Positions 6,963-15,487 of a stretch of DNA of 20,460 nt are shown here, piece after piece. Every line of letters begins with the position of its first letter. Positions within the stretch are counted from its first letter, which is position 1. The stretch is from an uncultured bacterium (lineage in GTDB: Bacteria; Lernaellota; Lernaellaia; Lernaellales; Lernaellaceae), in NCBI GenBank assembly GCA_964534375.1, contig CAZHPN010000103.1:1-20460 (forward strand), given 5' to 3'. The position numbers and the translations under genes were made by a program. A model generated the notes under the pieces. It saw nothing but the letters and a program-made list of their open reading frames with translations, was not told where the DNA came from and searched no databases.

Positions 6963-7534
6963 CGCCGCTGCTCGCGCTCTACCTGCTGTTCGCGTTCGGG
7001 GCCGTCGCCGGCGGCCTCAACGTCGTGGCGCGCCGAAATCCGGTGAACAGCGCCATCGCGCTGCTGTTCACCTTCATTTGCGTCGCCGCGCTCTACATTT
7101 TGCACGGCGCGCCGATGCTCGCGATGATCCAGATTATCGTGTACGCCGGCGCCATTTTGATCCTCGTCGTGTTCACGATCATGCTGCTGGCGCTGCGCGA
7201 GCCCGGCCCCGGTCTGACCCGATTTTGGTCGTTCCCGCAGAAGATCGCCGCCTTGCTGGCGTGCACGCTGCTGGGCGGCGAATTGCTGTATCTCGCCTGG
7301 CGCGCGGTCGCCGCCGCCCCGCCCGGCGCCGCAGTCGTCAAAGGCCTCGGCGACCCGGCGACGCTCGGCCACGCGATTTTCGAGCACTATTTGCTGCCTT
7401 TCGAAGCGACGGGCGTGCTGCTGTTGGCGGCGATCCTCGGCGCGGTCTCGCTCACGCGCCGCCCGAAAGGCGCGCCCCAGATCGCCGGCGCGGCGCACGG
7501 CGACGAAACCGACGCGAAGGGAGAGCGGCCATGA
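6959..7534 (+). CDS. nuoJ: NADH-quinone oxidoreductase subunit J
   Basis: RNPVNSA, QIIVYAGAILILVVFTIMLL, YLLPFEATGVLLLAAILGA; ATGA overlap with nuoI. Confidence 0.95.
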   Translation: MTPLLALYLLFAFGAVAGGLNVVARRNPVNSAIALLFTFICVAALYILHGAPMLAMIQIIVYAGAILILVVFTIMLLALREPGPGLTRFWSFPQKIAALLACTLLGGELLYLAWRAVAAAPPGAAVVKGLGDPATLGHAIFEHYLLPFEATGVLLLAAILGAVSLTRRPKGAPQIAGAAHGDETDAKGERP

Positions 7535-7833
7535 TTCCGGTCGGGTTCCCGCTGGCGGTCGGGGCGTTGTTGTTCGCGATCGGGGCGTTCGGGGTGCTGG
7601 TGCGGCGCAACGCGATCATCGTTTTCATGTGCATCGAGTTGATGCTCAACGGCGTCAACGTGACGTTCATCGGCCTGTCCGATCGCCTGCGTTCGGTCGA
7701 CGGGCCGGTTTTCGTGCTGTTCATCATGGCCGTGGCCGCGGCGGAAGCGGCGGTGGGCTTGGCGATCGTCATTTCCCTTTATCGCCGGAAGGAATCGGTG
7801 AACCTCGGCGATTTCGATTCGATGAAGGGGTAG
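7531..7833 (+). CDS. nuoK: NADH-quinone oxidoreductase subunit K
   Basis: LFAIGAFGVLVRRNAIIVFMCIELMLN, VAAAEAAVGLAI; ATGA overlap with nuoJ. Confidence 0.96.
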   Translation: MIPVGFPLAVGALLFAIGAFGVLVRRNAIIVFMCIELMLNGVNVTFIGLSDRLRSVDGPVFVLFIMAVAAAEAAVGLAIVISLYRRKESVNLGDFDSMKG

Positions 7834-7842
7834 GAGCGGGCG

Positions 7843-9822
7843 ATGACGATGAAGGATTTCCTCTACCTGATTCCGCTCTTCCCCTTGCTCGGGGCGCTTT
7901 GCGGCGGATTGCTGGCGTTGCGGCGCAAGCCGGCGAACGAAATATTCGCCGGGGTCGTCGCCTCGCTGATGGTGCTGGTGTCCTTCGCGTTCAGCCTGCT
8001 CGCTTTCCTGGAATTGTGGGGCCTCGGCGAAACCATCGGCCTGCACCAGATCGTCTACCCGTGGATCGCCGTCGGCGCGCTGCACATCAACCTGTCGTTC
8101 GCCTTCGACAATCTCACCGCCGTAATGACGCTCGTCATCACCGGCGTCGGCTTCTTGATCCATGTCTACGCGATCGGCTACATGCGCGGCGACCGCGGCT
8201 TCCAACGATTTTTCACCTACCTGAATCTCTTCGTGTTCGCGATGTTGATGCTGGTGCTCGGCTCCAACATGGTCGTGATGTTCATTGGGTGGGAAGGCGT
8301 CGGGCTCTGCTCCTATTTGTTGATCGGTTTTTTTTACGAGAAGAAAAGCGCCGCCGACGCCGGCAAGAAAGCCTTCGTGGTCAACCGCATCGGCGATTTC
8401 GGCTTTCTGCTGGCGATGTTCTTGACGTACTACCAATTCGGCTCGCTCGAGTTCGCGACAGTCGCGAACAAGTTGGGCGGGGTCCGGCCGCAGTTGGTCA
8501 CGGCGATCACGCTGCTGCTGTTCCTCGGCGCGACCGGCAAGAGCGCGCAGATTCCGCTCTACTTCTGGCTGCCGGACGCGATGGAAGGCCCGACGCCGGT
8601 CAGCGCGCTGATCCATGCGGCGACGATGGTCACCGCCGGCGTTTATCTGGTGGCGCGCACGCATTTTCTCTTCGCCCTGGCGCCGCTCTCTCAGGCGATT
8701 GTGGCTGGCGTCGGCTGTCTGACGGCTTTCTACGCCGCGACCATCGCCTTCGCCCAGCGCGATCTCAAACGCATTCTGGCCTATTCGACGATCAGCCAGC
8801 TCGGCTACATGTTTGTCGGCGTCGGCGTCGGCGCCTATGCGGCGGGCATCTTTCACTTGATGACGCACGCGTTTTTCAAAGCCCTGCTCTTCCTCGGCGC
8901 CGGCAGCGTCATGCACGCGCTCTCCGGCGAGTTGGACATTTACAAAATGGGCGGCCTGCGCAAGCAAATGCCAAAGACGTGCTGGACGTTCGTCATCGGC
9001 GCGCTGGCGATCTCCGGCATTCCGCCGCTGGCCGGCTTTTTCTCGAAAGACGAAATTCTCTGGCGGGCGTTTTCGACCGAACTGAAAGGCATTCCGCCGG
9101 TTTTCAACTACTGCATTTACGGGCTCGGCCTGCTGACCGCGGGGATGACCGCGTTTTACATGTTCCGCGCGGTGTTCTTGACCTTCTTCGGCGAAAGCCG
9201 CCTCACGCCCGAACTCGCCCGCCACGCGCACGAGAGCCCGGCGGTGATGACGACGCCGCTGCTGATTTTGGCGCTGCTCAGCATCGGCGGCGGCCTGGTC
9301 GGCGTGCCCGATACGCTTCTGAACGCCCTCGGCCGCTTGGTCGGCGCGGCGAAGCCGCTTCCCGGCGGCGAGCTGTTCGCCGAGTGGTTGCGGCCGGTGG
9401 TCGGCGCGGGGGCGGCGGAGCATGAAACGGCCGGGTTGGAAATCGGCCTGATGGCGGTTTCGGTAGGCGTGGCGCTGCTCGGCATTTTCCTGGCGTACGT
9501 TTTGTACCGCCGCAACCCGGCGTGGCCGGCGAAGATCGTCGCGGCGCTGCCGCGCCTGCACCGGCTGGTGTGGAACAAATATTACGTCGACGAAATCAAC
9601 GACGCGGTGGTCGTCAGGCCGCTCAAGCGCGCGTCGGCGAATTTCCTCTGGCAGTTTGTCGATGCCGCCGTCATCGACGGCCTCGTCAACGGCGCGGGGT
9701 CGACCGCCAAGGCCGGCGGCGGCCTGCTGACGAAAATGCAAACCGGGAAAATTTACGCGTACGCCTTGTCGATTTTGCTCGGTGCGGCGGCGCTGTTGGG
9801 TTTTGCGCTGTGGGCGTGGTGA
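7843..9822 (+). CDS. nuoL: NADH-quinone oxidoreductase subunit L
   Basis: LIHVYAIGYM, GWEGVGLCSYLLIGF, KAFVVNRIGD, GKSAQIPL, WLPDAMEGPTPVSALIHAATMVTAG, HLMTHAFFKALLFL, C-terminal YYVDE...IDG...QTG. Confidence 0.97.
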   Translation: MTMKDFLYLIPLFPLLGALCGGLLALRRKPANEIFAGVVASLMVLVSFAFSLLAFLELWGLGETIGLHQIVYPWIAVGALHINLSFAFDNLTAVMTLVITGVGFLIHVYAIGYMRGDRGFQRFFTYLNLFVFAMLMLVLGSNMVVMFIGWEGVGLCSYLLIGFFYEKKSAADAGKKAFVVNRIGDFGFLLAMFLTYYQFGSLEFATVANKLGGVRPQLVTAITLLLFLGATGKSAQIPLYFWLPDAMEGPTPVSALIHAATMVTAGVYLVARTHFLFALAPLSQAIVAGVGCLTAFYAATIAFAQRDLKRILAYSTISQLGYMFVGVGVGAYAAGIFHLMTHAFFKALLFLGAGSVMHALSGELDIYKMGGLRKQMPKTCWTFVIGALAISGIPPLAGFFSKDEILWRAFSTELKGIPPVFNYCIYGLGLLTAGMTAFYMFRAVFLTFFGESRLTPELARHAHESPAVMTTPLLILALLSIGGGLVGVPDTLLNALGRLVGAAKPLPGGELFAEWLRPVVGAGAAEHETAGLEIGLMAVSVGVALLGIFLAYVLYRRNPAWPAKIVAALPRLHRLVWNKYYVDEINDAVVVRPLKRASANFLWQFVDAAVIDGLVNGAGSTAKAGGGLLTKMQTGKIYAYALSILLGAAALLGFALWAW

Positions 9823-9843
9823 GCGCGCGAGGATAAACGAACG

Positions 9844-11394
9844 ATGGCGCATCGGTTGATCTCGCTGGTGATCTTCTCGCCCCTGGCGGCGGCGGCGGTT
9901 TTGCTGGCGCTGCCCAAAGCGCGGGAAGAACTGCTGCGCTGCGTCGCGCTCGCCGGTTCGCTGGCGACCTTCGCGCTCAGCTTGCCGCTCTACTGGCTGT
10001 ATCAGCCGGCGAACGATTTGTGGCTGACCGAGCCGGCCGCGGCGTGGATTCCGTCGTGGGGCGTCAACTACGCGGTCGGCATCGACGGCTTCAGCCTGTT
10101 TCTCGTGCTGCTCACGACGTTCCTCACGCCGCTGTGCGTGCTCTCGTCGTGGCGCTGCATCAAAGACCGCGTGAAGGCCTACCTGATTTCGTTCCTGCTG
10201 TTAGAAACGGCGATGCTCGGCACACTCTGCGCGCTCGACGTATTTCTGTTTTACGTTTTCTGGGAAGCGATGCTCGTGCCGATGTACCTGATCATCGGCG
10301 TGTGGGGCGGCCCGCGCCGCATTTACGCCGCGGTCAAGTTCTTCCTCTACACGATGTTCGGCTCGGTGCTGATGCTCGTCGCGATTCTGGCGACCTATTT
10401 CCAACTCCCCGACCGCACGTTCGATCTGTTGGCCTGGACGCAGCACGGCTTCGCGCCGCAAGTCCAGTTTTGGTGCTTCCTGGCCTTCGCGCTCGCCTTC
10501 GCGATCAAGGTGCCGATGTGGCCGCTGCACACCTGGCTGCCGGATGCGCACGTCGAGGCCCCGACGGCAGGCTCGGTCATCCTGGCCGGCGTGCTGTTGA
10601 AAATGGGGACATACGGCTTCGTGCGTTTTGCGATTCCGCTGTATCCGGCGGCGGCGCTCCAACTGGCGCCGGTCTTCGGGGTTCTGGCGGTGATCGGCAT
10701 CGTCTACGGCGCGCTCGTCGCGATGATGCAGCACGACGTCAAAAAGCTCGTCGCCTACAGCAGCGTCAGCCATCTGGGGTTCGTGATGCTCGGCATGTTT
10801 GCGGGGAACGCCCTGTCGGTTTCGGGCAGCGTGCTGCAAATGGTCAACCACGGCCTCTCGACCGGCGCGCTGTTCCTGCTCGTCGGCATTTTGTACGAAC
10901 GGCGGCACACGCGGATGATCGCCGATTTCGGCGGCGTCGCGCGGACGATGCCCGCATTCGCCGCGCTGTTCGTGATCGTGACGCTCTCGTCGATCGGGCT
11001 GCCGGGGACCAACGGCTTCGTCGGCGAATTCTTGGTGCTGCTCGGCTCGTTCGGGCGCTGGCGGGCGCTGACCGTCGTCGCGGCGACCGGCGTGATCCTC
11101 TCCGCCGCCTACATGCTGTGGATGGTGCAACGGGTCTTTTTCGGCCCGATCGCCCACGAGGAAAACCAGAACCTGACCGATTTGAACGCGCGCGAATGGC
11201 TGTACCTGCTGCCGATCGTCGCGCTCGTGTTCTGGATCGGCGTTTATCCGCAGGCGTTCCTGCGCAAAATCGAACCGAGCATCGATCAATGGTTGACGGC
11301 GTTCCACGCGGCGGCGAAACCTGCTGCGGCGAACGCTCTGCCGGCCGCCGGCGCGACCGTCGCCGCGCCCGGTCCGGTTTTTGTCGTGAAGTAA
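9844..11394 (+). CDS. nuoM: NADH-quinone oxidoreductase subunit M
   Basis: FYVFWEAMLVPMY, AAVKFFLYT, AFAIKVPMWPLHTWLPDAHVEAPTAGSVILAGVLLKMG, KKLVAYSSVSH, GLPGTNGFVGEF. Confidence 0.97.
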   Translation: MAHRLISLVIFSPLAAAAVLLALPKAREELLRCVALAGSLATFALSLPLYWLYQPANDLWLTEPAAAWIPSWGVNYAVGIDGFSLFLVLLTTFLTPLCVLSSWRCIKDRVKAYLISFLLLETAMLGTLCALDVFLFYVFWEAMLVPMYLIIGVWGGPRRIYAAVKFFLYTMFGSVLMLVAILATYFQLPDRTFDLLAWTQHGFAPQVQFWCFLAFALAFAIKVPMWPLHTWLPDAHVEAPTAGSVILAGVLLKMGTYGFVRFAIPLYPAAALQLAPVFGVLAVIGIVYGALVAMMQHDVKKLVAYSSVSHLGFVMLGMFAGNALSVSGSVLQMVNHGLSTGALFLLVGILYERRHTRMIADFGGVARTMPAFAALFVIVTLSSIGLPGTNGFVGEFLVLLGSFGRWRALTVVAATGVILSAAYMLWMVQRVFFGPIAHEENQNLTDLNAREWLYLLPIVALVFWIGVYPQAFLRKIEPSIDQWLTAFHAAAKPAAANALPAAGATVAAPGPVFVVK

Positions 11395-11407
11395 GAGGTT
11401 CCGGCTG

Positions 11408-12880
11408 ATGCCTGATTTCGCGTTCCGCCCGATCGCGCCGCCGCTGATGATTCTCTACGGCATGCTGATGGTGCTGCTGCTGGAGATCTTTTCGCCGCGC
11501 GACACGCGCCGGGCGGTGCGCAACCTGCCGCCGGCGCTGGCGCTGGTCACGCTGCTGTTCGGGCTGGCGGCCGTCGCGCTCCGCTGGCCGAGGGCGAACG
11601 ACTTGCTGGCGTTTTCCGGCATGGTCAGCGGCGACCGCCTCGCGCTCTTCGCGCAGGGCGTGCTCTGCCTGGCGGGCGCGTTCGGCGTGCTTTCGGCGTG
11701 GACCTACCTGCGCGTCGTCGAGGAAGATCAGGGCGAATACTACGCCTTGCTCCTCGCCGCGGTGTTTGGCGGCATGTTGATGGCGGGCGCCGCCGACCTG
11801 ATTGTGCTGTTCCTCGGCCTCGAAATATTGTCGATCAGCCTCTACGTCATGGCCGGCTTCCTGCGCCGGCGGGTGGAGTCGGGCGAAAGCGCGATGAAGT
11901 ATTTCTTCCTCGGCGCGTTTTCGACCGGCTTTCTGCTGTACGGCATCGCGCTGGTCTTCGGCGCGACCGGCTCGACCAGCCTCGCGGCCATCGGCGAAAA
12001 GGGCGCGGCCGGCAACCTGATGCTGTCGGCGGGCGTCGCGCTGCTGCTGGTCGGCTTCGGCTTCAAGATCGCCGCGTTTCCGTTTCACGTCTGGACCCCC
12101 GACGTGTACCAGGGCGCGCCGAGTCCGGCGACCGGGTTCATGGCGGCGGCGGTGAAGGCCGCGGCGTTCGCCGCGCTGGTGCGGACGCTCGCCGTGGCGT
12201 TCGGGTCGTCGCGCGGCGAGTGGGCGACGATTCTCTACTACGTCGCGATCGCGACGATGATTTTCGGCAACGTGGCGGCGCTGGTGCAAAATCGCCTAAA
12301 GCGCCTGCTCGCCTATTCGGCGATCGCGCACGCCGGCTACCTGCTGGTCGGCGTCACGGCAATGTTCCGGCAGGACGTCGACGCGGCGGGCGCGGTGTTG
12401 TTTTACCTCGCGGTCTACGGGCTGGCGACCATCGGCGCATTCGCGGCGGTCGCGCATTTGTCGCGCCGCGACGCCGACGCCGACGACCTTGACAGTTATC
12501 GCGGCCTGGCGCGGCGGCGACCGTGGCTGGCGGCGGCGCTGGCGGTGTATTTGATCAGCCTGGCGGGGCTGCCGCCGCTGGCCGGCTTCGTCGGCAAGTT
12601 TCTGTTGTTCGCGGCGGCCGTGCAGGCGCACCTGCTGCAACTGGCGATCGTCGGCATGCTGACCAGCGCGATCTCGGTCTATTACTACGTCCGCGTGATC
12701 TACATTCTGTACATGACCGAGCCGGAGGCCGGCGCCGCAACCGCTGACGCCGCGGCCGCGGATGCGCCGGGACACGTGGCGCTCTGGGCGGCTGGTTTGT
12801 TGGTGCTCGCGCTGGGCGTCGTGCCGCAATGGCTGATCGCGCGGGCCGGCGAGGCCGCCGCGATGCTGTTCGGCAAGTAG
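11408..12880 (+). CDS. nuoN: NADH-quinone oxidoreductase subunit N
   Basis: GEYY, LFLGLEILSISLYV, ESAMKYF, GFKIAAFPFHVWTPDVYQGAP, KRLLAYSAIAHAGY, SLAGLPPLAGFVGK, ISVYYY. Confidence 0.97.
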   Translation: MPDFAFRPIAPPLMILYGMLMVLLLEIFSPRDTRRAVRNLPPALALVTLLFGLAAVALRWPRANDLLAFSGMVSGDRLALFAQGVLCLAGAFGVLSAWTYLRVVEEDQGEYYALLLAAVFGGMLMAGAADLIVLFLGLEILSISLYVMAGFLRRRVESGESAMKYFFLGAFSTGFLLYGIALVFGATGSTSLAAIGEKGAAGNLMLSAGVALLLVGFGFKIAAFPFHVWTPDVYQGAPSPATGFMAAAVKAAAFAALVRTLAVAFGSSRGEWATILYYVAIATMIFGNVAALVQNRLKRLLAYSAIAHAGYLLVGVTAMFRQDVDAAGAVLFYLAVYGLATIGAFAAVAHLSRRDADADDLDSYRGLARRRPWLAAALAVYLISLAGLPPLAGFVGKFLLFAAAVQAHLLQLAIVGMLTSAISVYYYVRVIYILYMTEPEAGAATADAAAADAPGHVALWAAGLLVLALGVVPQWLIARAGEAAAMLFGK

Positions 12881-12935
12881 CCGCGCGCGGCCGAAACCAG
12901 TATAGTTTCACCAACCGACCACGGGAGATGGACAG

Positions 12936-13484
12936 ATGGCGAACGCCAATCAAATCGCAGTCGGGACGCCCGCGCCGGATTTCACCTTGCCGGCGCTCGG
13001 GCGCGCCGACGCCACCTTGAGCAAGCTGCGCGGGCAACGGGTCTGGCTCGCGTTTTTCCGCTACGCCGGTTGCCCGCTTTGCAACCTGCGAATCAGCCAG
13101 ATCATCGCCAAGGCGAAGCATTATGAAGAAAACAGCCTGGCGATCCTCGGCGTGTTTCAGAGCCCGCTGGGCCGGCTCGAACAATATCTCGGCCCGGCGA
13201 ATCCGCCGTTCCCGTTGCTAAGCGACCCCGAGGAAAAGCTTTATCAAGCGTACGGTCTGGAAACGAGCCTCGCGGGCCTCGTCGCGCCGGCGGCCGTCGG
13301 GAAATTGTTCCAAGCGATGGCGGCCGGGTTTTTCCCGCGGGCGACCGATGGCTCGAAGACGCGCATCCCCGGCGATTTCCTGATCGACGAAAACGGCATC
13401 GTGGCCGATGCGTTCTACGGGGCCGACATCGGCGACCATATCCCGTTCGAGCGCGTCGAGCATTTTCTCGCCCAGCACCGGTAG
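12936..13484 (+). CDS. Thioredoxin-fold redoxin (AhpC/TSA-like, peroxiredoxin-like)
   Basis: VGTPAPDFTLP, AFFRYAGCPLCNL (CxxC), FPLLSDPEEKLYQAYG, PGDFLIDENGIV. SD GGGAG 8 nt upstream. Confidence 0.9.
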   Translation: MANANQIAVGTPAPDFTLPALGRADATLSKLRGQRVWLAFFRYAGCPLCNLRISQIIAKAKHYEENSLAILGVFQSPLGRLEQYLGPANPPFPLLSDPEEKLYQAYGLETSLAGLVAPAAVGKLFQAMAAGFFPRATDGSKTRIPGDFLIDENGIVADAFYGADIGDHIPFERVEHFLAQHR

Positions 13485-13639
13485 GCGCGCCGATTCTTGC
13501 CTGCCGCTCGTTGGCCGGGGAATTACGCCTCCCGGCCTCTTGTTGACTCCGCCCCGGAATCCCGGTATGTGAATCCTTCCTGCCTTCTGTGCGCCGGCGC
13601 CGCGGCGGGGCGCGCGGCGGGGCAGACCAAAGGTCGTGG

Positions 13640-15487
13640 ATGGGACGCGCTAACTTGTCGTTTCAAAAAGCGAAAGCCGCCGTGCGGAGCGTCGCGCGCC
13701 CGCTGACGGGGCCGGTCGGCTCACGCGGCAGTTGGCTGTTCACGTACGGCGCGCTGGCGCTGTTTTTCGGCTTTTACGCGTACGCCAATTACATCCGCTT
13801 CTACATCGCCGAGCCGTTCACCTACGGCCTGGGCATGCTGTTCCAGTTGTCGCTGGGCGACATCGTCCACAAGTTCTTCGAGTTTCACTATTATCCGCCG
13901 CTGTATGCCGCCTTCTGCGACCTGGCGACCTACTTCGGCGGCTACGAATACCTCCGCGTGCTGTTCATCAACAGCCTGCTGCTGCCGCCGACCGCGCTGT
14001 ACGTCACGCTGCTCTTCCGCGAGATGAGCGACGACAGCCCGTTGGCCCCGCTGGCCGGCGGCCTGGTGCTGCTGTCGGCCAGTTACGTTTATTACGTCAT
14101 CCCGATCTGCATCGAGATGTTGCTGACATTGACGGTCCCCGCTTACCTCTACCACCTGGCCGCGTCGCGACGTTTTCTGAACCGGTATCACAGCGGCATG
14201 GCGGGGTTCTGGGCGTCGCTGGGCATGTTGACCAAATGGACGTTCCCGATTTACGTATTCGCGGCGACGCTGCTCGCCACCCTCGTGCTGCTCTACGATT
14301 TCGACGCGCGCCGGTTCCGGCTGCCCAAGAAACAGCAATGGCTCAACATCGCCCTCGCCCTCGGCGTGCTGGGCCTCCTCTGCGGCTGGTGGTACGCCAT
14401 GCTGCCGCTCGAGTGGTTCTTCAAGACGGCCCGCAACGCGCCCAGTTTCATCGAGTACTCGATCATTTTGAATCTGCAATTCTACCTCGTCAGTTGCCTG
14501 GGCCGGTTCCATCCGGAGTTGGTCTATCTCCTGGCGTTCTTCTTCGTCTTTTTCTGGCTGTTCCGCCGGCCGTGGTGGTGCGCGGCGGTCGTCGTCTGCG
14601 GCATGCTCATCCCGACCTTGCTGCTGGGCGCGTCGATTCACATCGAAGACCGGTATCTCTTTCCGCTCATCCCCGTCTTCTCGTTCGTGACGATCTATCT
14701 GCCGTCGCAGGCCCGCAACAAATACGTCGGTTTGGCGCTCGCCGGCCTGTTGATGTTTTTCGCGACGAATTCGCACTTTGAGGTGGCGAAAGACAGTTTC
14801 ACGCCGACCCGCGAAAAAAAAGCGGCGCTGGCCGCCCGCCGGCCGCCGCCGGATGCGGTGCAGGCCCTGCTCAACGGCGAATTCCGCGAGTCGTTGCGCG
14901 ATCTGCCGGGCGCGATCACCCGGCGGCTGGAAGTGACCGACGGCAACTTCGAATACCCTTCGTTCGCGGGCCAGTCGGAAGCGATCCTGCGGACGCTGCT
15001 GCAGAAAATCGGCCCGGTCGTCGACGACAAGCTGATTCGGGTTGCGGTCCATCCGCTCTGGTACAACCCCCACCTGCGCGGCGAGTTCTACAAATACCAT
15101 TTGGCGCGCCGCCGCCTCGCTGATAAAATCTCCGTCGATTTTTTCATTCCGGAGGCTTACAACCGGTTCCACCGCGGCCTGGTCGCCGGCATCTACGACG
15201 TGGTGCTGCTCGATTGCGGCGAGGACAACGACTGCATGAACACCCGCCGGGGCGAAATGGAGCGCGTCGTGTCCGAGAGCCTGACGCAGCCCTATATCAC
15301 GATCCACGACGGCTCGTCGTACGGCTCGTTCGACCTCGACCGCATCGCGGACGGCTTGCGCTATCTGTACGGGCACTACGACGAGGCCGCAGTCATGAAC
15401 TTCCACGACGACACCTGCTCCCGCATCTATCTCAATCGCCGGCTGACGTCGCGCCGCGACGCCGCCGCGCCGCCGAGCCCCGAATGA
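13640..15487 (+). CDS. GT-C fold (ArnT/PMT_2, GT39/83-like) membrane glycosyltransferase, paralog 1
   Basis: Polytopic N-terminal region with YYPPLY, LGMLTKWTF, GWWY and EDRYLFP, followed by a soluble C-terminal domain. Start set at ATG 13640 after AAAGG; exact start uncertain. Confidence 0.75.
   Translation: MGRANLSFQKAKAAVRSVARPLTGPVGSRGSWLFTYGALALFFGFYAYANYIRFYIAEPFTYGLGMLFQLSLGDIVHKFFEFHYYPPLYAAFCDLATYFGGYEYLRVLFINSLLLPPTALYVTLLFREMSDDSPLAPLAGGLVLLSASYVYYVIPICIEMLLTLTVPAYLYHLAASRRFLNRYHSGMAGFWASLGMLTKWTFPIYVFAATLLATLVLLYDFDARRFRLPKKQQWLNIALALGVLGLLCGWWYAMLPLEWFFKTARNAPSFIEYSIILNLQFYLVSCLGRFHPELVYLLAFFFVFFWLFRRPWWCAAVVVCGMLIPTLLLGASIHIEDRYLFPLIPVFSFVTIYLPSQARNKYVGLALAGLLMFFATNSHFEVAKDSFTPTREKKAALAARRPPPDAVQALLNGEFRESLRDLPGAITRRLEVTDGNFEYPSFAGQSEAILRTLLQKIGPVVDDKLIRVAVHPLWYNPHLRGEFYKYHLARRRLADKISVDFFIPEAYNRFHRGLVAGIYDVVLLDCGEDNDCMNTRRGEMERVVSESLTQPYITIHDGSSYGSFDLDRIADGLRYLYGHYDEAAVMNFHDDTCSRIYLNRRLTSRRDAAAPPSPE

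Noticed and set aside
13543..13571. Possible sigma70 promoter TTGACT-N17-TATGTG for the glycosyltransferase cassette
   Set aside because: The -35 and spacing are good but the -10 lacks the conserved final T; plausible but too weak to list.
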